From Carcharhinus longimanus (taxonomy: Eukaryota): a DNA stretch of 64,000 bases. The notes beneath the pieces are model-generated. The model was given only the letters and a program-made list of their open reading frames with translations. It was not told the DNA's origin and searched no databases. Every line of letters starts with the position of its first letter. Positions within the stretch are counted from its first letter, which is position 1. This document shows positions 25,961 through 39,869 of the stretch, piece by piece. A program made the position numbers and the translations under genes. The stretch spans positions 101,406,320-101,470,319 of the forward strand of contig JASCQW010000027.1 of assembly GCA_030264375.1 (NCBI GenBank), given 5' to 3'.

Positions 25961-27149
25961 AACTGTTTCTCTTCACCTTATCAATGTCATTGACACAGAA
26001 CTAGCAAATCTTAAGAATGTAATTGTCGAAACATTGACACTGCGAGTTTCCTGCAGAGAAATCAGGAGTATTCAAATGCTCCTCAAATCCAAGATCCAAG
26101 ACTTTTGGGCACCATCTGATTCTGCTAATTCAAAGAAGATATCTCAAATAATCAAATGATATTATTGCTGAAATAACTCATTGTGGCTTAAGGGAATTGC
26201 TTTACTCAGGCGCTCACTTCTGTACAGATTGTAAAATTCAAGATTCCCACACTTCCAGTGAAACAGCAATTGAGTGATCAATTTCTACTGCATTACAAGA
26301 ATTGAGAAATCAGCCAACCAGGAAATATCCATGTACTGAAACTCATTGAGAGAAAGCTCTCTGAGGAGCAAAAAAAAAACCCCTGCTTTTCACAGAAATC
26401 AAAATAACGCTCAAGGTAATTATTTTTTAAAAATGACTTATTCTGGCAAGAGTCCAATAAGTCAGTTATGAATATATTGTTCTAAACACTCCATGATTTA
26501 AGTGAGGTGGTGCACACTGGAACAGATAATTTTCAGAACCTGTGCTTTTGCTAATTGGTAGAAATAAAGGGCTGACGTGACTGGGTGAAGGGGTGAGATG
26601 CATAATGCAGGACATCGAGCCTGAACGATATATGAGCAAAGGTAGATTTTAAAAAGTGACAGATAATTGACATCAACCTGGGTTTTTAAAAGGAGGGAAA
26701 GGCAGCTAGGGGGCATAAGTAGTTTCTGTCTATTGTTTTCTCTGGAGAAGATTAAATCTGAGTTGGGGGTGCTGAATTTCAGCAGCAGGGAGAGAGGCTG
26801 TTTAATCAGGATACAATTAATGCGGAAGGAAGTGTCCAGACATTAGCGTTGCACTAAAACAAATTTTAAAAATTAATGGAGAGGAAATAGGTACTAATTG
26901 TGGTTCAGCAACTGAGTCTCAGGCTTCCTTGGTGCAATGTGCCATGTTCCAATGTATTACACCACTGCACATCCTAATTTGAATTTCTGTTATTACTAGC
27001 TTCCTGAAAATAACCAAATGTTCCCCCTCCTTATTTGGAATTCCTTATTGAGCCCTGCTAATGTACAGAAGCAGAAAATACAGGCGATGGTCAGTAAATC
27101 AGGCAGCACCCATGGAGAAAGAAAAAGAATTGACAAGTTGTCCTGTACA

Positions 27150-27810
27150 AGGTGCCAGATTCCCCTCCCACACCCTCCCTGACTAAAACATTTGGTGCGG
27201 GAGGCGTGTGGGGGATGCCCACCATGGGGAATACCAGCTACTCTGTAGTCATTTAATGGTCAGTTGGCCATTTAAAGACTAGCGGCTGAACTTCAGCCTT
27301 TCTGGATCAAAAGGTTCCCCTCAGAGAGCTGCTGGCCATTTAGAGACCCGAAGCTCTCCAGCACTTTGGACAGAGGCGTACCGCATTTGATTAGAATTTG
27401 GTTAAGTGTAAGGGGGTCTCCCTGGTGCCAATGCTGGCAGACCCCAATGAGGGGGGAGGGATGGTGAGGAAGCAAGGAGCAGGAATTCGAGAGGTTGTGG
27501 GGGAAGGGTAATCTGGGGATGTATAACACTTCTTTTGGGTAGGAATGGGGAGATCCTTGATGGGCCAAGGAGCCCAGTAAAGAGGGGCTTCCCCCAGTCC
27601 ACCACCAGTATATGCGTTGAAACCTGTTGAGTGATGTAGTTTTCCACTTAAGGCTCTCAATCGGCCCACTCGTGGCAGGCTGCCTGATGCCAGTCCCACA
27701 GCTGATGTAATTGTGATGGGGGAAGAGATAGGTAGATGGGCAGCTGTTAAATTTAACATGCCACCCTGCCTTCAAGCCCATTTTTGGAGGAACGTAAAAT
27801 TGAACCCGAC
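27150..27810. mobile_element. GC-rich non-autonomous DNA element (MITE-like)
   Basis: GC-rich block ending in cgtaaaattgaaccc, similar to the TIR class seen elsewhere; the overlapping 200-aa ORFs have no recognisable motif. Confidence 0.4.
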
Positions 27811-28927
27811 ATTTCAGGTTGGTGAAATATTGATGAATGTCATTGGCCTGAAATATGAATTCATCTGCTGCCAGACCTGTGAATATTTCCAGCATATTCT
27901 GATTTTATCTCTGATTTCCAGCCTCACACGAGTGTTTTTCTCGTGTGTCGAACCTCCCTTATGCACAAAGTTTTTACTGGGTTCAATTTTATCGGCTTCC
28001 ATACAAGTTCTTTTTGAAGATCTCAAAAGTGTGGAACATCTTATCTATCTTGTCTTCTCTTCCTCGAATTACCTGCGAACTTTTAAAATCCTTTTAAATT
28101 ATGTCAGCGAACTATTGCATTTTGATTTGCCTCCCCCCCACCCTCATATGAGTGAGGGAGAAAAATCAGAATCATACCAAGCATCCTATACACACTGTCC
28201 CGTATTTAATGTCAGAATAGAACTCGAAAAGGTAAACCTGCTGTTCTCCCAGCCAGTGAAATTATGTCGCCTTAATTTTTTCATGTCTACTCCACTTGGT
28301 GCATCATTGTGAATAACTATTTGAGTTGTTAATAATCTACTCGCTATGCAATGCATTCAGTCATATTTGATCTGGGTTGTAAAAGGATGTCTGAAACATT
28401 GTCATTTAAATGCTAAAAGGGGGGAACTGAGTGATACAGCGTATTAGAGAGCAGTCTGTTATCTCTGGTGTCCTGTTGGCTGCAATGATCCTTCACAAAT
28501 GGAGTATTAGAACTCTGTGGATCCACAGCACGAAACTGCTCTTGAATTGGTGCAGAAATGCTAATCTCTGTCAAATACACCGAATATCATACTGAAGTGC
28601 GTTTNNNNNNNNNNNNNNNNNNNNNNNNNNNNNNNNNNNNNNNNNNNNNNNNNNNNNNNNNNNNNNNNNNNNNNNNNNNNNNNNNNNNNNNNNNNNNNNN
28701 NNNNGTGCGTTTCCCCGCCCACCCCCACCCCCAACCACCCCCTTTCATTTTGTTCTGCCCAAAACTCTCAAAGAATGCTTAGCATAATAGTGCCGGTCCT
28801 GCCCAAATCTCGCATGTTCGCAACCAGAGTAAAATCAAAAATATGTATCTGAAGGATGATAAGGATAGATGTGGTTTCGGAGTCTTTTGTTCAGATTGTA
28901 AGAACGTTCTTTTTATATTATTCTTAA

Positions 28928-29167
<240 letters not shown>

Positions 29168-29292
29168 TGAAGTGAATGTATTTTGCCCTTTCTTTTGATA
29201 GTTGTTAATTGAAAGCACAATTTAGAATCATGGAAGTTTACTGGTCAGAAAATTGCATACAGCCTATCATGTCTCTCCTATCTGAGAACATC

Positions 29293-29710
29293 TGGAACAT
29301 AGAATAGTACAGCACAAGAACAGGCCCTTCGGCCCACGACGTTGAGCCGAAAATGACACGAAATTAAACTAATCCTTTCTGCCTGTCCTCGGTCCACATC
29401 CCTCTATTTCTTATATATTCATTTGCTTATCTAAAAGCCCCTTAAAATCCCCTATTGTATCTGCCTGCACCACCACCCCTGGCATCACATTCCAGGCGCC
29501 TATCACTCTCAGTCTAAAAAAACTTGTCCCTCACATCTCTTTTGAACTTCCCCCTCTCACCTTAAATGAAAGCCCCTCTAGCATTAGACATTTCAACTCT
29601 GGGAAAGAGATTTTGACTGCCAGCTCTATCTCTGCCTCTCATAATTTTGTAGATTTCTATAAGGTCTCCCCTCCGCCTCCGCCACTCCAGAGAAAACAAC
29701 CCTAGTTTGG
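29293..29710 (-). mobile_element. CR1 LINE 3' end
   Basis: gaacatagaatagtacagcacaagaacaggcccttcggcccacg tail; the minus strand reads LFSLEWRRRRGDLIEIYKIMRGRDR. Confidence 0.88.
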
Positions 29711-29726
29711 CCACTACAGAAACTTT

Positions 29727-30023
29727 GGGCCCTACTTTACCATTTTGATTCTAAGTGCTGGGCAGATTTTAATCTGGGAGCGTTTCAGATCTGACTTTTA
29801 GATCTGTTCTCAAGTGCCCCTGCATGCACTCTGCCTGAAAAAATATCAGCAATTCCGAATCGCTCTGCAGCACGTGGGCGGGGCTTAATGTATCCGAAGC
29901 CCTGCAGCTCCAATCGGTGCCTCCAACTGTGCACGCACAGAAAAAAAAGATGGAATACTGCTCCCGTGCTACGTCCCTCCCAGGTTGGCGAATGCCTCCC
30001 CCTGGCCCCAACAGACATTGCCC
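29727..30023. mobile_element. Non-autonomous TIR element (Harbinger-like), left part, cut by gap
   Basis: Starts GGGCCCTACTTTACC, the inverted counterpart of the 6324-6337 terminus. Confidence 0.55.
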
Positions 30024-30123
30024 NNNNNNNNNNNNNNNNNNNNNNNNNNNNNNNNNNNNNNNNNNNNNNNNNNNNNNNNNNNNNNNNNNNNNNNNNNNNN
30101 NNNNNNNNNNNNNNNNNNNNNNN
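30024..30123. other. Assembly gap (100 N, probably unknown true size) between two unrelated repeats
   Basis: Exactly 100 N. Other gaps: 1724-1823, 2732-3001, 5526-5625, 11338-11437, 28605-28704, 34510-34524, 37897-37920, 44334-44433, 51858-51924, 56301-56400, 57523-57733 and about 58844-58853. Confidence 0.95.
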
Positions 30124-30245
30124 AAACCCACCCAGACACCGGGAGGACATGCAACTCCGCACTGACAGTGACCCAAGCCGGGAATCGAACCCAGGTCCCT
30201 GGCGCTATGAGGCAGCAGTGCTAACCAGTCTGCCACTGTGCTGTC
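30124..30245 (-). mobile_element. HE1-like SINE 5' part
   Basis: gacagtgacccaagccgggaatcgaacccaggtccctggcgctatgaggcagcagtgctaacc is the reverse complement of the tRNA-like head. Confidence 0.88.
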
Positions 30246-31369
30246 TTTCCCCAGGATCAACCTCCAGGGTTTTACCCTCTTGTTCTGATGTTCCTGTGTT
30301 CTGGATTGCCAGAGCATTCAAGCTTCATGTCGACACACTCGCTCAGATACCCAGCTGTGTTAACCAAACACTAGTGCTTCCCAGGCCTGCAATAAGGAAT
30401 CACCAACCTTCTCGTCACCTTATATCTCTGGCTTCTTCCAAACCCACATCACCTAATGTGGTGCAACTTTGTATTTCCAACTTTGCCTTTGAACTTGGAA
30501 TATCTCTCTGTACCTCACTCACATATCACTTAATAAGATCTTTTCCAGATTCTTCATCTTTTCCTTTGACTAGAAGCTCTTCTTGGCAATTGCTTCTGTC
30601 CCTCTCCCTGATTTCAGGATTTTTTGGTCCTTTAATCTGGGGCCTGCTCTCTGTAGTCTTCTTTCATGCCTGCGTGTTCCAGCAGTTCCTGTGGATTGGT
30701 CAGCTTGCTCAAACTGAACTCAAACTGCTTTGCTGACCCTTTGGTTGTGAGATAACTGCCCTTTGTTTTATAACCAGTGTTTGTTTTAGAGTTGTAAAAT
30801 TACTTGAAAAATATGTAAAAGTAAAACTAAAACTGAAGTTCTTTTTCTGAACACATAACACGGAAATACAATTTAAACTTAGAACTATACCTTATGCCTA
30901 ACACGCCCAAGTATAAACATAAATTACTTAAAACTATATCTATTTCCTGAGATGACAGGAACTACGGTTCTTGGCAGCCCTCAGGACTTTCATGCATGCG
31001 TTGGCCAGGGACTAGCCATCTGCAGTTAGTCGTTTTGCCATCCTTCAGGCTAGGAAGCTGCCCTGTGTGGAAGATAATAAGTGAAACTGCATATCAGATG
31101 ACCTGAACCGGAGTACCACTGGGAGTAAGGTGTCCCGAGCATAGGATACGGGGAGGGGATATGGAGAAATTCCCAAGGAAAGAAGATGGATTCAAATCAG
31201 GGAATGGAACAGATAGTGGTCCCAGAAAAAAATCCCAGGTGAGACAAAGACAGAAGTTGAAAGGGATTACTGACTGAAGTCCCAGGTAAGGGACAAGGAC
31301 ATATAATTCTCTAAATTTGCACCCCTTTATTGTGGAGTCCCTGAGACGTAGACAAAAGTCGTAGGTAGA

Positions 31370-31472
31370 AGAAGGATTGGAATGAGGCGCTCATTGAGTG
31401 TTAAAATGGGTGGTGTGGGCTTGTAGGGCCGAAGGGCCTGTTTCCTGTGCTGTGTTGTTCTTTGTTCTTTGA
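31370..31472 (+). mobile_element. CR1-type 3' tail
   Basis: gggcttgtagggccgaagggcctgtttcctgtgctgtgttgttctttgttctttg. Confidence 0.7.
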
Positions 31473-32027
31473 CAGGAATCAAAAATATGACCTGTTAAGT
31501 AAAGTTAGAAGTAGGGAGTCGAGAAACAGGCTCCAAATTAAAGATGAAATTGCACGGAGCAGACTTGAAACAAAATAGGCTCAGGAGAAGCTCAGGCAAT
31601 ATGAGAAGGTAGATGAATCTGTGCTGCAGGCTGGAGCTTGGCATGATTGGAGATATGAAATAATGCTTGGTAGGTGAAGTTTGAATGTACACAGAGATAT
31701 AGGGGAAAAGAATCTCAGAAGGTGAGATTGAAATCCTGGAGGTGGATCCAGGTTAAACCTGTCTAAATGGGAATGATGTTTGAAGAGAATTCCAAGGGGA
31801 GATCTTTGAACATGGAGATTAGAAAACCTCAAAAGAATGCAACGTTTTAGTGAGAATGATTAGCTCACAGTGTGGCAAGCATCTGGATGAGTTGTTGAGG
31901 AATCCAAGGAATCTACGAGGGTTACACCTATTATTTACTTTGGAGTGTAGTGTGGCTGACCATAATTTGCCTGTTAATTCATACGTGCCTTGTACTTACC
32001 CTGAATGTTCAAGAAGAAGATAAATAT

Positions 32028-32123
32028 CAGTGGAAATTTTACAGCTGTGTTACAGTGGGGTATAACATGATGAGTCATTCAGAAATCCATCGATTGTGGC
32101 AGGACTGATGTAAAATTCTGCCC
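32028..32123. mobile_element. Short MITE
   Basis: Inverted ends ggaaattttaca ... tgtaaaattctgccc. Confidence 0.45.
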
Positions 32124-32357
32124 ATTGTTTTATCTTTCCGAATATATACCTGAATGTCAAGACATAGCTGAGTGAAGGAAAAGTGAACATTTGATTTATA
32201 TTATTGTGTTTGTATTGATATCTTTCTAACTTTTTTGTCTGGTATAACAATAGTTAATTTTCCTTGTTTAATAACTATCATATTATTTGTGTTAAAAAGT
32301 TCATCACATTTGTCCAGTGACTTTCCTCCATGGCTTTGAAACAAAAATTAAACTTAT

Positions 32358-32495
32358 GAGACAGAATTTTCCATCTGCACGTACCAAAAGGCCTGAAAGT
32401 TCCGCCTGAGGTCAATGGATCTTGAAATGGTCTGTCAAATTTTCTGTCCTGCCCACGATGATTTCCATGATGGGAGGGATAGGAGATTTCCAGTC
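32358..32495. mobile_element. Short MITE
   Basis: Inverted ends gagacagaattttcc ... ggagatttccagtc. Confidence 0.45.
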
Positions 32496-33224
32496 ATGAT
32501 TTATCAAGCCAAGTCTGACTCTGGGATCAGATCTGTTCAGTATTAACATCAGCTGGGTTTGCAACAATTAGCTTTAATTACTATTAATTGAGGTTAACTG
32601 TTCCTGAACTCTCATGCTTGGTTACATCATTCAAACATTGTGAACAGTACGGTTTTTACCACAATTTTTTTGTTCTCTGTAACTGCCCTGAGATAAATTG
32701 ATCAAAGTTGCAGCGCAGCATTTAAAATAATTAAACTAAGCCGACATATTTCTACCACAACCACATAACAGGTTATTCTTTGAGTGAAGCATACCATGAT
32801 GACAATTTGCACAAGTAATCATCATTAGGTAGTGTCAAAGTTTTCTGTGTTTTCTGTCATATTGGATAATACCTGTATAAATTAACAAGTGACACCTTGT
32901 TTCTGAGCCAAGTAATTATGATTTCAAATTGTACTCCAGGACCTGAGCATGAAACTTTGGTTCACTCTGAAGCGTAGTACTGAGTGTCTATAGTAGGTGG
33001 TGTCACCTGTCTGCTAAAATGGACATGGAAGGTTTGATGGTGCTCAAGAAAGCTCAGATGTCCCATTTTTCATTGAATGGGGCTGGACAAGACAAAAATT
33101 GGAGAAAAAAATAAATGACTGAGTTTCTGTCTGAGTCCTGAGCCTTGCCATTTTCAAACAGATTGACATTTGGATGCCCAGCAAAAATATTTGGGAGCCT
33201 AATACTAATAGCATAGTGCACTGG

Positions 33225-33532
33225 GACGACATGTTGACACAGTGAACAAGCACTGCTGTCACACAGTGCCCGAGACTCTTGTTTCACCTTGGGCCACTGT
33301 CTGTGTGGCGTTTGCACTTTCTCACCGTGTCTGCATGGGTTTCCTCCGGGTGCCTCGCTTTCCTCCCACAGTCCAAAGAGGTGCGGGTTCGGTTGATTGG
33401 CCATGCTAAATTAACCCTCGTGTCGGGGATTAGCAGGGTAAATATGTGGGATTACGGGAATAGGCCTGGGTGGGATTATGGTCGGTACAGACTCTATGGA
33501 CTGAATGACCTCTTTCTGTACTGGAGGGATTC
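33225..33532 (+). mobile_element. V-domain SINE with CR1-like tail
   Basis: agcactgctgtcacacagtgcc...gtgtctgcatgggtttcctccgggtgcctcgctttcctcccacagtccaaag...ggccatgctaaatt...ggactgaatgacctctttctgtactg. Confidence 0.85.
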
Positions 33533-34524
33533 TTTGAATAATAAGTTTATATTGAATGAAAAGTCAAGGATTGTGGGCTTGTGAATTTCTGTGTTTGTTG
33601 CAAGTGAGGAAGTGCCTGTTCAGGAATTTACCTCTTACTCTTTTCACAGCATCTGCATTTACTTACTATAACTCAATGTTACAGGTATAATTGTAAATGG
33701 GTCGATATTTCAAATAATAAAACATAGCAGCAAGAGGGGACTTGGGTGAGCAAATATTTGAGATTTTCAACGTACTCAGGAAACAATCTAGTTGATTAAT
33801 GTTTCCAGCCTTTTCCATATGTACAATATGTTACCAATAAGCACATTATTGCAATTCAGTCACATCACACAGCTATATATTATTTAACATGGTCACATTT
33901 TGAACCATGTTTTGTTTTCTTGAGCTTGGGTAAATTTGAAATATATTTGCAATTCCCTGATTTAATATTACTTTGATTTTTTTTCTCTCTCTCTCTCCGG
34001 TGAGGCTCCTGTCACGAAGGCTCATTGCTCATCTCATCCTGTGCATTTCTCTGCACGGAGGTGGGCTTGATCTTGTTACATGAGAGTGGAAAAACAAATT
34101 GCCAGGATTACGTGACAGTTCCTAGGGAAGTGGGTGTTAGCGGCTTGAGTGATGCGATTAAAATTTGACGACTTTGCAGCAAATACTGCTGAAAGTTGGA
34201 GTAACTTATTTATTTTGACATGGATTGAGTTTTTAGTTGGGGGGGGGGGGGGTGGGTGGTGGTGGCACGGGGAGAATAAAAGGGCCTGCTGACTCAAGCT
34301 TTCAGCAACAGAGTTCACATCGCTGACAAAAAGTCCCTGGTCTAACTTCTGCATTTGCTGAGACCCGGCCATCACTTTTACCCTTCATACGAAAGGGGCA
34401 ACTGGTGTAAGTTGTTCAAAAGTGTTCAGTGTGGACTCCGGCTTCACATCCCTGCAATCCATTCTTTCGTGTGTACCCTCTCTTCAAGCTGGCTCCCTCC
34501 CCCCCCCATNNNNNNNNNNNNNNN

Positions 34525-35135
34525 AGCAGCATCCTCCTCAAAATTGTTCAGCTCCAGAATGTTGTGTGTGTGTGTGTGTGTCCTCAGCAATCCCTCCCCC
34601 CTCCCCTATCCCAGTCTGAGTCTCTCCCTCCTGCTGAGCACAAACTTGACCTGCGTGAAGACATAAACCTTTTAGAATGTGGTGAGAAGAGATGGAGGAG
34701 AGGTTAGAAAGCATGCATGCCTGACTGTTTCATGTGCTGAGCCCTCCCTAGCCAGGGCTAAAGCTAAAATGCAGGTGATGTTCAAGTGCCCACGAGACAA
34801 TCATTGTCGAGGTGTCCCCTGCTAAAATTCTGAGATCCCAGGGCAGTGTCACCCTTTGAGTGGATGATGCCAGCGTGAAAGTGAGAGACTGGAGAGCAAG
34901 ATTGACTTATCCTGAAATCATTCAACCTCTTCCTGCACTGGATGGCATTCTCAGGTGGTAGTCCAACGTGCCAACCTCCCTTGCAATCGCCTCCCAGACC
35001 AGCGAGCGGAGAATGTTGGTGGGCTTCTCGGAACCATCCCTGGGGTAGAGTTCATCCCAATCGTAGCGGACCCTATTGACAACCAAGGAATCATTAAACC
35101 CAGGGCAGCTGTCTTCTTTGATGTAGCTGTCCAGA
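34525..35135 (-). pseudogene. Fossil Myb/SANT-like DNA-binding gene of a PIF/Harbinger transposon, two exons, antisense to CSMD1
   Basis: Minus strand reads KKTAA / PGFNDSLVVNRVRYDWDELYPRDGSEKPTNILRSLVWEAIAREVG / NAIQCRKRLNDF across frameshifts. After a tcttcacgcAG acceptor (34651-34653) come VKFVLSRRER and ILELNNFEEDA. Confidence 0.7.
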
Positions 35136-35399
35136 GGTGTCTCCTTCACAAAGCTGGGCTGGAGAGAGTTAATATGTGTGTTGGTGTGGTTGTTTAAATG
35201 TGGCACCCAGAACCCTTGATCCCGTTAGCTAATGGCAGGGCAGACTCAACAAATCACAACCTGCCACGTGACTTGGAGAGATACTTAGCTATGCATGATT
35301 AATGAACTTCTGAGCATGAAATTGGGCACAATTTCCCACCATGCCATCCAGCAGGAAACATGCCATGGAAACCAATCCCCACGGCACTTAGTTTCAAAA

Positions 35400-35700
35400 A
35401 CAGAACATTTTGGCCTGACTGTTTCCCATGTTTGAGGGGACATAGGCAGAGGATTGAATACAAATTGTTGAGGATAAAAAGTCAGGAGGAAATTTATTAC
35501 ACAGAGGGTTGCGAGCCTGTGGGATGTATTATGAGAGATTGTGACAATGTTAATTCTTCTGAATAGATTAAGTAGGCAGTTGGAAAGGTGTGGAATTAAG
35601 GGATAAGAGTGGGGACATGACATTAGAATTAGAACTCATGTGAATGATAACTAGCAACATGGACGGGTTGAGCAAAGCCACCCATAACTGAATTGTAATT
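35400..35700 (+). mobile_element. Old CR1 3' end
   Basis: gactgtttcccatg...caggaggaaatttattacacagagggttgcgagcctgtggga (RKFITQRVASLW). Confidence 0.6.
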
Positions 35701-36429
35701 TCGATATAATTTTAAATAATTCTGCCTGTCATTGCCAGATTTTAGATTGAAGTCGAGACAATCACAGGTTACAAACAGTGAGGGAAATTGAAGAGGCAGA
35801 TGGCTGAGAAATACAGACAAGGACATCCTGGGAATCAGAATGATTAGGGCCAATGGTGGAACATGATGCTGCCAGGAACAGAGCACAGCAGAATGGGATT
35901 AGGTCGGGGTAAAGAATAGAGTGTAAGCTTGGAAAACCTGCAAAATCAGTGATGAGGTTGATTTAGTAAGCCATGTTTTGAAGTGTTTCACATTTAGTGT
36001 TCGATTGTCTGGGGTATTAATGGTACACTGCATTCAGGAGCATTGTCAATGACCTGGATTATCCATTTTGTTCATTAACACTTGCAATATATTAATCGTA
36101 ATCAAAATTTAACTCGGTATTAATATCCAAATGCCAACATTTTCATGTTTCAATAAAAATAAATGAAATCGAAGATCATTCTTTCATGTAATCAATATAT
36201 ACTTTTAGGGAAGAGGTGGGGTCAGTTATTTTCAGTGTGTTCAGTCTGCTATACACAGTGTCTCGAAACCTGCAACTTTGGAACCAATGTTGTGCAGGGT
36301 TTCAAATATTGCTGGAATTCAAGTTAGGTGGTTTAGATTAAGCCAGCTCAGGTGGGGTCAAAGATTGCTCAGAGCATGGGAATAGAGGTGTGCAATGATG
36401 AAGAGGATAACTAGTTAGATATCACACCA

Positions 36430-36592
36430 CACTGGGTTTCCTTTGGGTGCTCCAGTTTCCCCCCTCAGACAAAAGACGTGCTGGTTAGGTGTGTCGGTCA
36501 TGCTAAATTCTCCCTTAGGTGTCGAAGTGTGGCGATTTTCAGAGTAACTTCATTGCAGTGTTAAGATAAGCCTACGTGTGACAGAAATAAAC
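36430..36592 (+). mobile_element. HE1-like SINE 3' part
   Basis: gggtttcctttgggtgctccagtttcc...gacgtgctggttagg...taacttcattgcagtgttaagataagcct. Confidence 0.8.
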
Positions 36593-37749
36593 TTCTATGA
36601 GTACCCAGTTTTCTTTCAACTCCAGCTTTTGGACAGACAGATTTGAGATACTGCACCATATCAATTTCTAGACGTTCTCAAAGTTATTGCAGAAGGCCTT
36701 GGCATCCATGCATCAGCACTAGAGTTAAAAGCAGTCCCAGTATCAGTGTAGCATATTTGATCAAACTATAACAACATTAAGGCACTGCATGTTCCCATGG
36801 CGCTCACTTCAAACGTGTGTATGTTTTCTACTTCAATGTGCAGTGTTAAGCATAGAATATAACATGACAGTTAGCACAACAAAGGGTTTTGATTTTCTGC
36901 ATTTTGTTGCCTTACCTATAGTTGCACTGAAATAGCTGGTACACCTGTGCTTTGGTTGGGGTCAAATGGGCGTCACTGTATGCCCCTGAATGGGCTAATT
37001 AGTGGCCTTGATATCCAAAGGACAGCAGGAAAACTCACAAATCTAGAGGGCCATGAAGACGTCCTCCAGCTAGGAACCTGATGAAACCTGCCATTTAGGT
37101 GTGAGGGAAAGAGAAATTTTCTTCTTTTTCAGGCACTCGATGTCTAATTTCGTAAACTTTTAAATAAAATGAAATCAGCAGGTGGACCAACATAGAAAGC
37201 CTGAAACTTTGCCCTGACAAACAAAGAAGGCCTCAAAGTCTGCCAACTAGAGCTTCTAGTTGGCCTCTGAGGTTAGGCCTGAATAGCTTAGTTAGCAACT
37301 TGTCACTTGATGCTGGAGAGCCCTGGTGAAGCCCATCCTGGATTGTGGCAAACCAACACACTGGTGGGCGCAATGAATTTTTATGACTGTCCATCTCCAT
37401 GTTGCCCCCATATATGTGGATTGTGTGAAAGTTATCCCATTGTGATAAAGTGTCTCTAGTTGCCTCAATATTATTCAGATACTTGCACACCCACATGACA
37501 TTGCATTGTGCACAACATACAAAACCAAATCCAGTGCAATAAAATTGACATATAAAATTTATCTTGATGCAAAAGCATATTCCAACACTCATCCATTAAT
37601 ACTTCTGAGCTTGTTCCCTCCTGAAGCAACTTAGAAGATCTTACAAAAAAATTCTAACTGTTGAACGTGCATGAAACCAAGTGAATCTCGGATCTGTATG
37701 TCGGGCGAATTTGTAAATGCAGTCTTCCATCTCTTTGTTGAAATAATAA

Positions 37750-38497
37750 TGCACAATCTTTTACCCACCGTAGAGGGAGGCAGAGGGGCCTAAGCTCACC
37801 AGAAAGCCTGTTGTTCACACCAAAGGGTGCAATTGTGCATGTGCAACAGAACAGAGATGTGTCAGGCACCACCAGCCACCCACCCCCAAACCCCCCNNNN
37901 NNNNNNNNNNNNNNNNNNNNCTGATCACTGCCCAAACCCCTCTCCCCCGGCCCAGCCGATTGTCACCTGAGCCCCTTTCCCCCCATCGAGTCAATCACTG
38001 CCCAAATGCCCCCCCAACTGATCCTCGCTGCAGAGTGCACAGCTTCAACCCCTCCCACCCAGCCAACCTCCATTGCAGAGTGCGCAGCTTCCACCTCACC
38101 TTTCCTCAGTCCTTGCCCCTACCATGGATCCACCCTTCTCCTTAGGAGCCACCCCCTCTGGCTCTCGCCCCTTTGCACTTCCTGGAGCACTGCCTCCTCT
38201 GCCCTGACTGCCTGGGAGGGGGCCGGGGGGGGGGGTGCAAACTGGCCTCCAGTTCCACCAACAAGGCCATCACGCCAACTTCCCTTTGATGGGAAACGTG
38301 GGTGATCCTCATCGGTGGGGCTTGTTACCGGCAAGGTTGCTAAGGCAAGTGAGCCTGGACGCTAGCATCCCAAGCTCGCTATCCGTGCCTAGTAAGATTG
38401 GGAGAGGCCAGAAATCGGGCGCGAACCCAATTTATTGTGTCTCTTCAGCTCACCCCATCCATCGGTCAGCGGGACGAGAAGGTAAGACCATCCTCTG
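37750..38497. mobile_element. C-rich non-autonomous TIR DNA element
   Basis: C-rich interior with short repeats (gatcactgcccaaa, tgcagagtgc-cagctt); right end ggtaagaccatcc resembles the inverted form of the 7584 left end. Confidence 0.5.
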
Positions 38498-38551
38498 AGT
38501 TTTGAATGGACAATACTCAGAAGTAATGAAATACCTATTATTAGTGTTTGA

Positions 38552-38947
<396 letters not shown>

Positions 38948-39869
38948 TAGTGGAACTTTTAATATTGTACAGACATTTGAAAATAAATATGGGTAGAATG
39001 AAGTGTGGGAATGGGAAGAAATGAAAACCAGAGCAGGCAGATATATTACTGGATAATCTAAGGATTTGAGAAAGAAAATGAACATCTATGTCTTATTTTT
39101 GAAATTAATGCTTACATTTTCTTTGATGAACTGATATAATTTTCATGGCCTGAGAATTTAGAGCTAAGGCTTTATAGCGTTAAAAGGAGTTAGGAACTGA
39201 GCCTGATCATTATTTTTTGAAATATATTATTAATTATCAGTCAGGAATGAAATTGACTGTATAATGTGAGGACATTGAATGTGGTATTCTACTCATTCAG
39301 AAGTAATTAGACATTGCTAACTGTTATTATGCTGAACCATGACCAACTTAAATCTTTGGATTAAAAAAAAATAATTATTTGTTCCACTTCTACTGAAGGC
39401 AGTTCGTGATTCCAGGCAGCAACTGCCCTCTGATATTTATTAATAGAAATGATACTTCATCTGTGACTTGGATAGGAAATAGCAAGCTACAGTCTGATTA
39501 TTCGCTAAGAATAAATTTATAGCTGAGCATAGCCAAGAAATCATGGTCTATCCGTAAACTCTTACTTCCAATACGGCCTGAACAGTTACCAAGAATCCCA
39601 TTCATGTTTTATTCAGCACACTGATATATAACGATGGATTGCCACTGGCATCCTCATTATCACTGAATTGGTGATTGCAAATTACGTTAAAAATTAAACT
39701 CTTTCAGCAGAAAGGAACTTATTTCTAAAGTGTTGCAGTGGTGTGTAAGACAATTGTGGAACGGTTTCATTTGATTTGCTTAGCATTTTTAATTTATGTT
39801 TTAATTAACGTGACTTTATATCAAACCAGTTGCTACACAGTGCTTCATGATCAGTGGCAATGTGCATAT

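Noticed and set aside
27293-28312. Two long ORFs (200 aa minus, 199 aa plus)
   Set aside because: No recognisable domain, atypical composition, overlap with a GC-rich MITE-like block, and no splice-compatible CSMD1 content.
29769-30736. 282-aa and 182-aa ORFs
   Set aside because: They are open only because they read through 100 Ns, and they join a MITE, a SINE and low-complexity sequence.
30250-30960. Possible solo LTR
   Set aside because: Composition is suggestive, but I could not identify TG...CA ends, a TSD or a primer-binding site.
36620-36660. tccagcttttggacagacagatttgag, resembling a CSMD1 exon start
   Set aside because: Short chance match; the downstream sequence does not encode CUB5 or Sushi residues.
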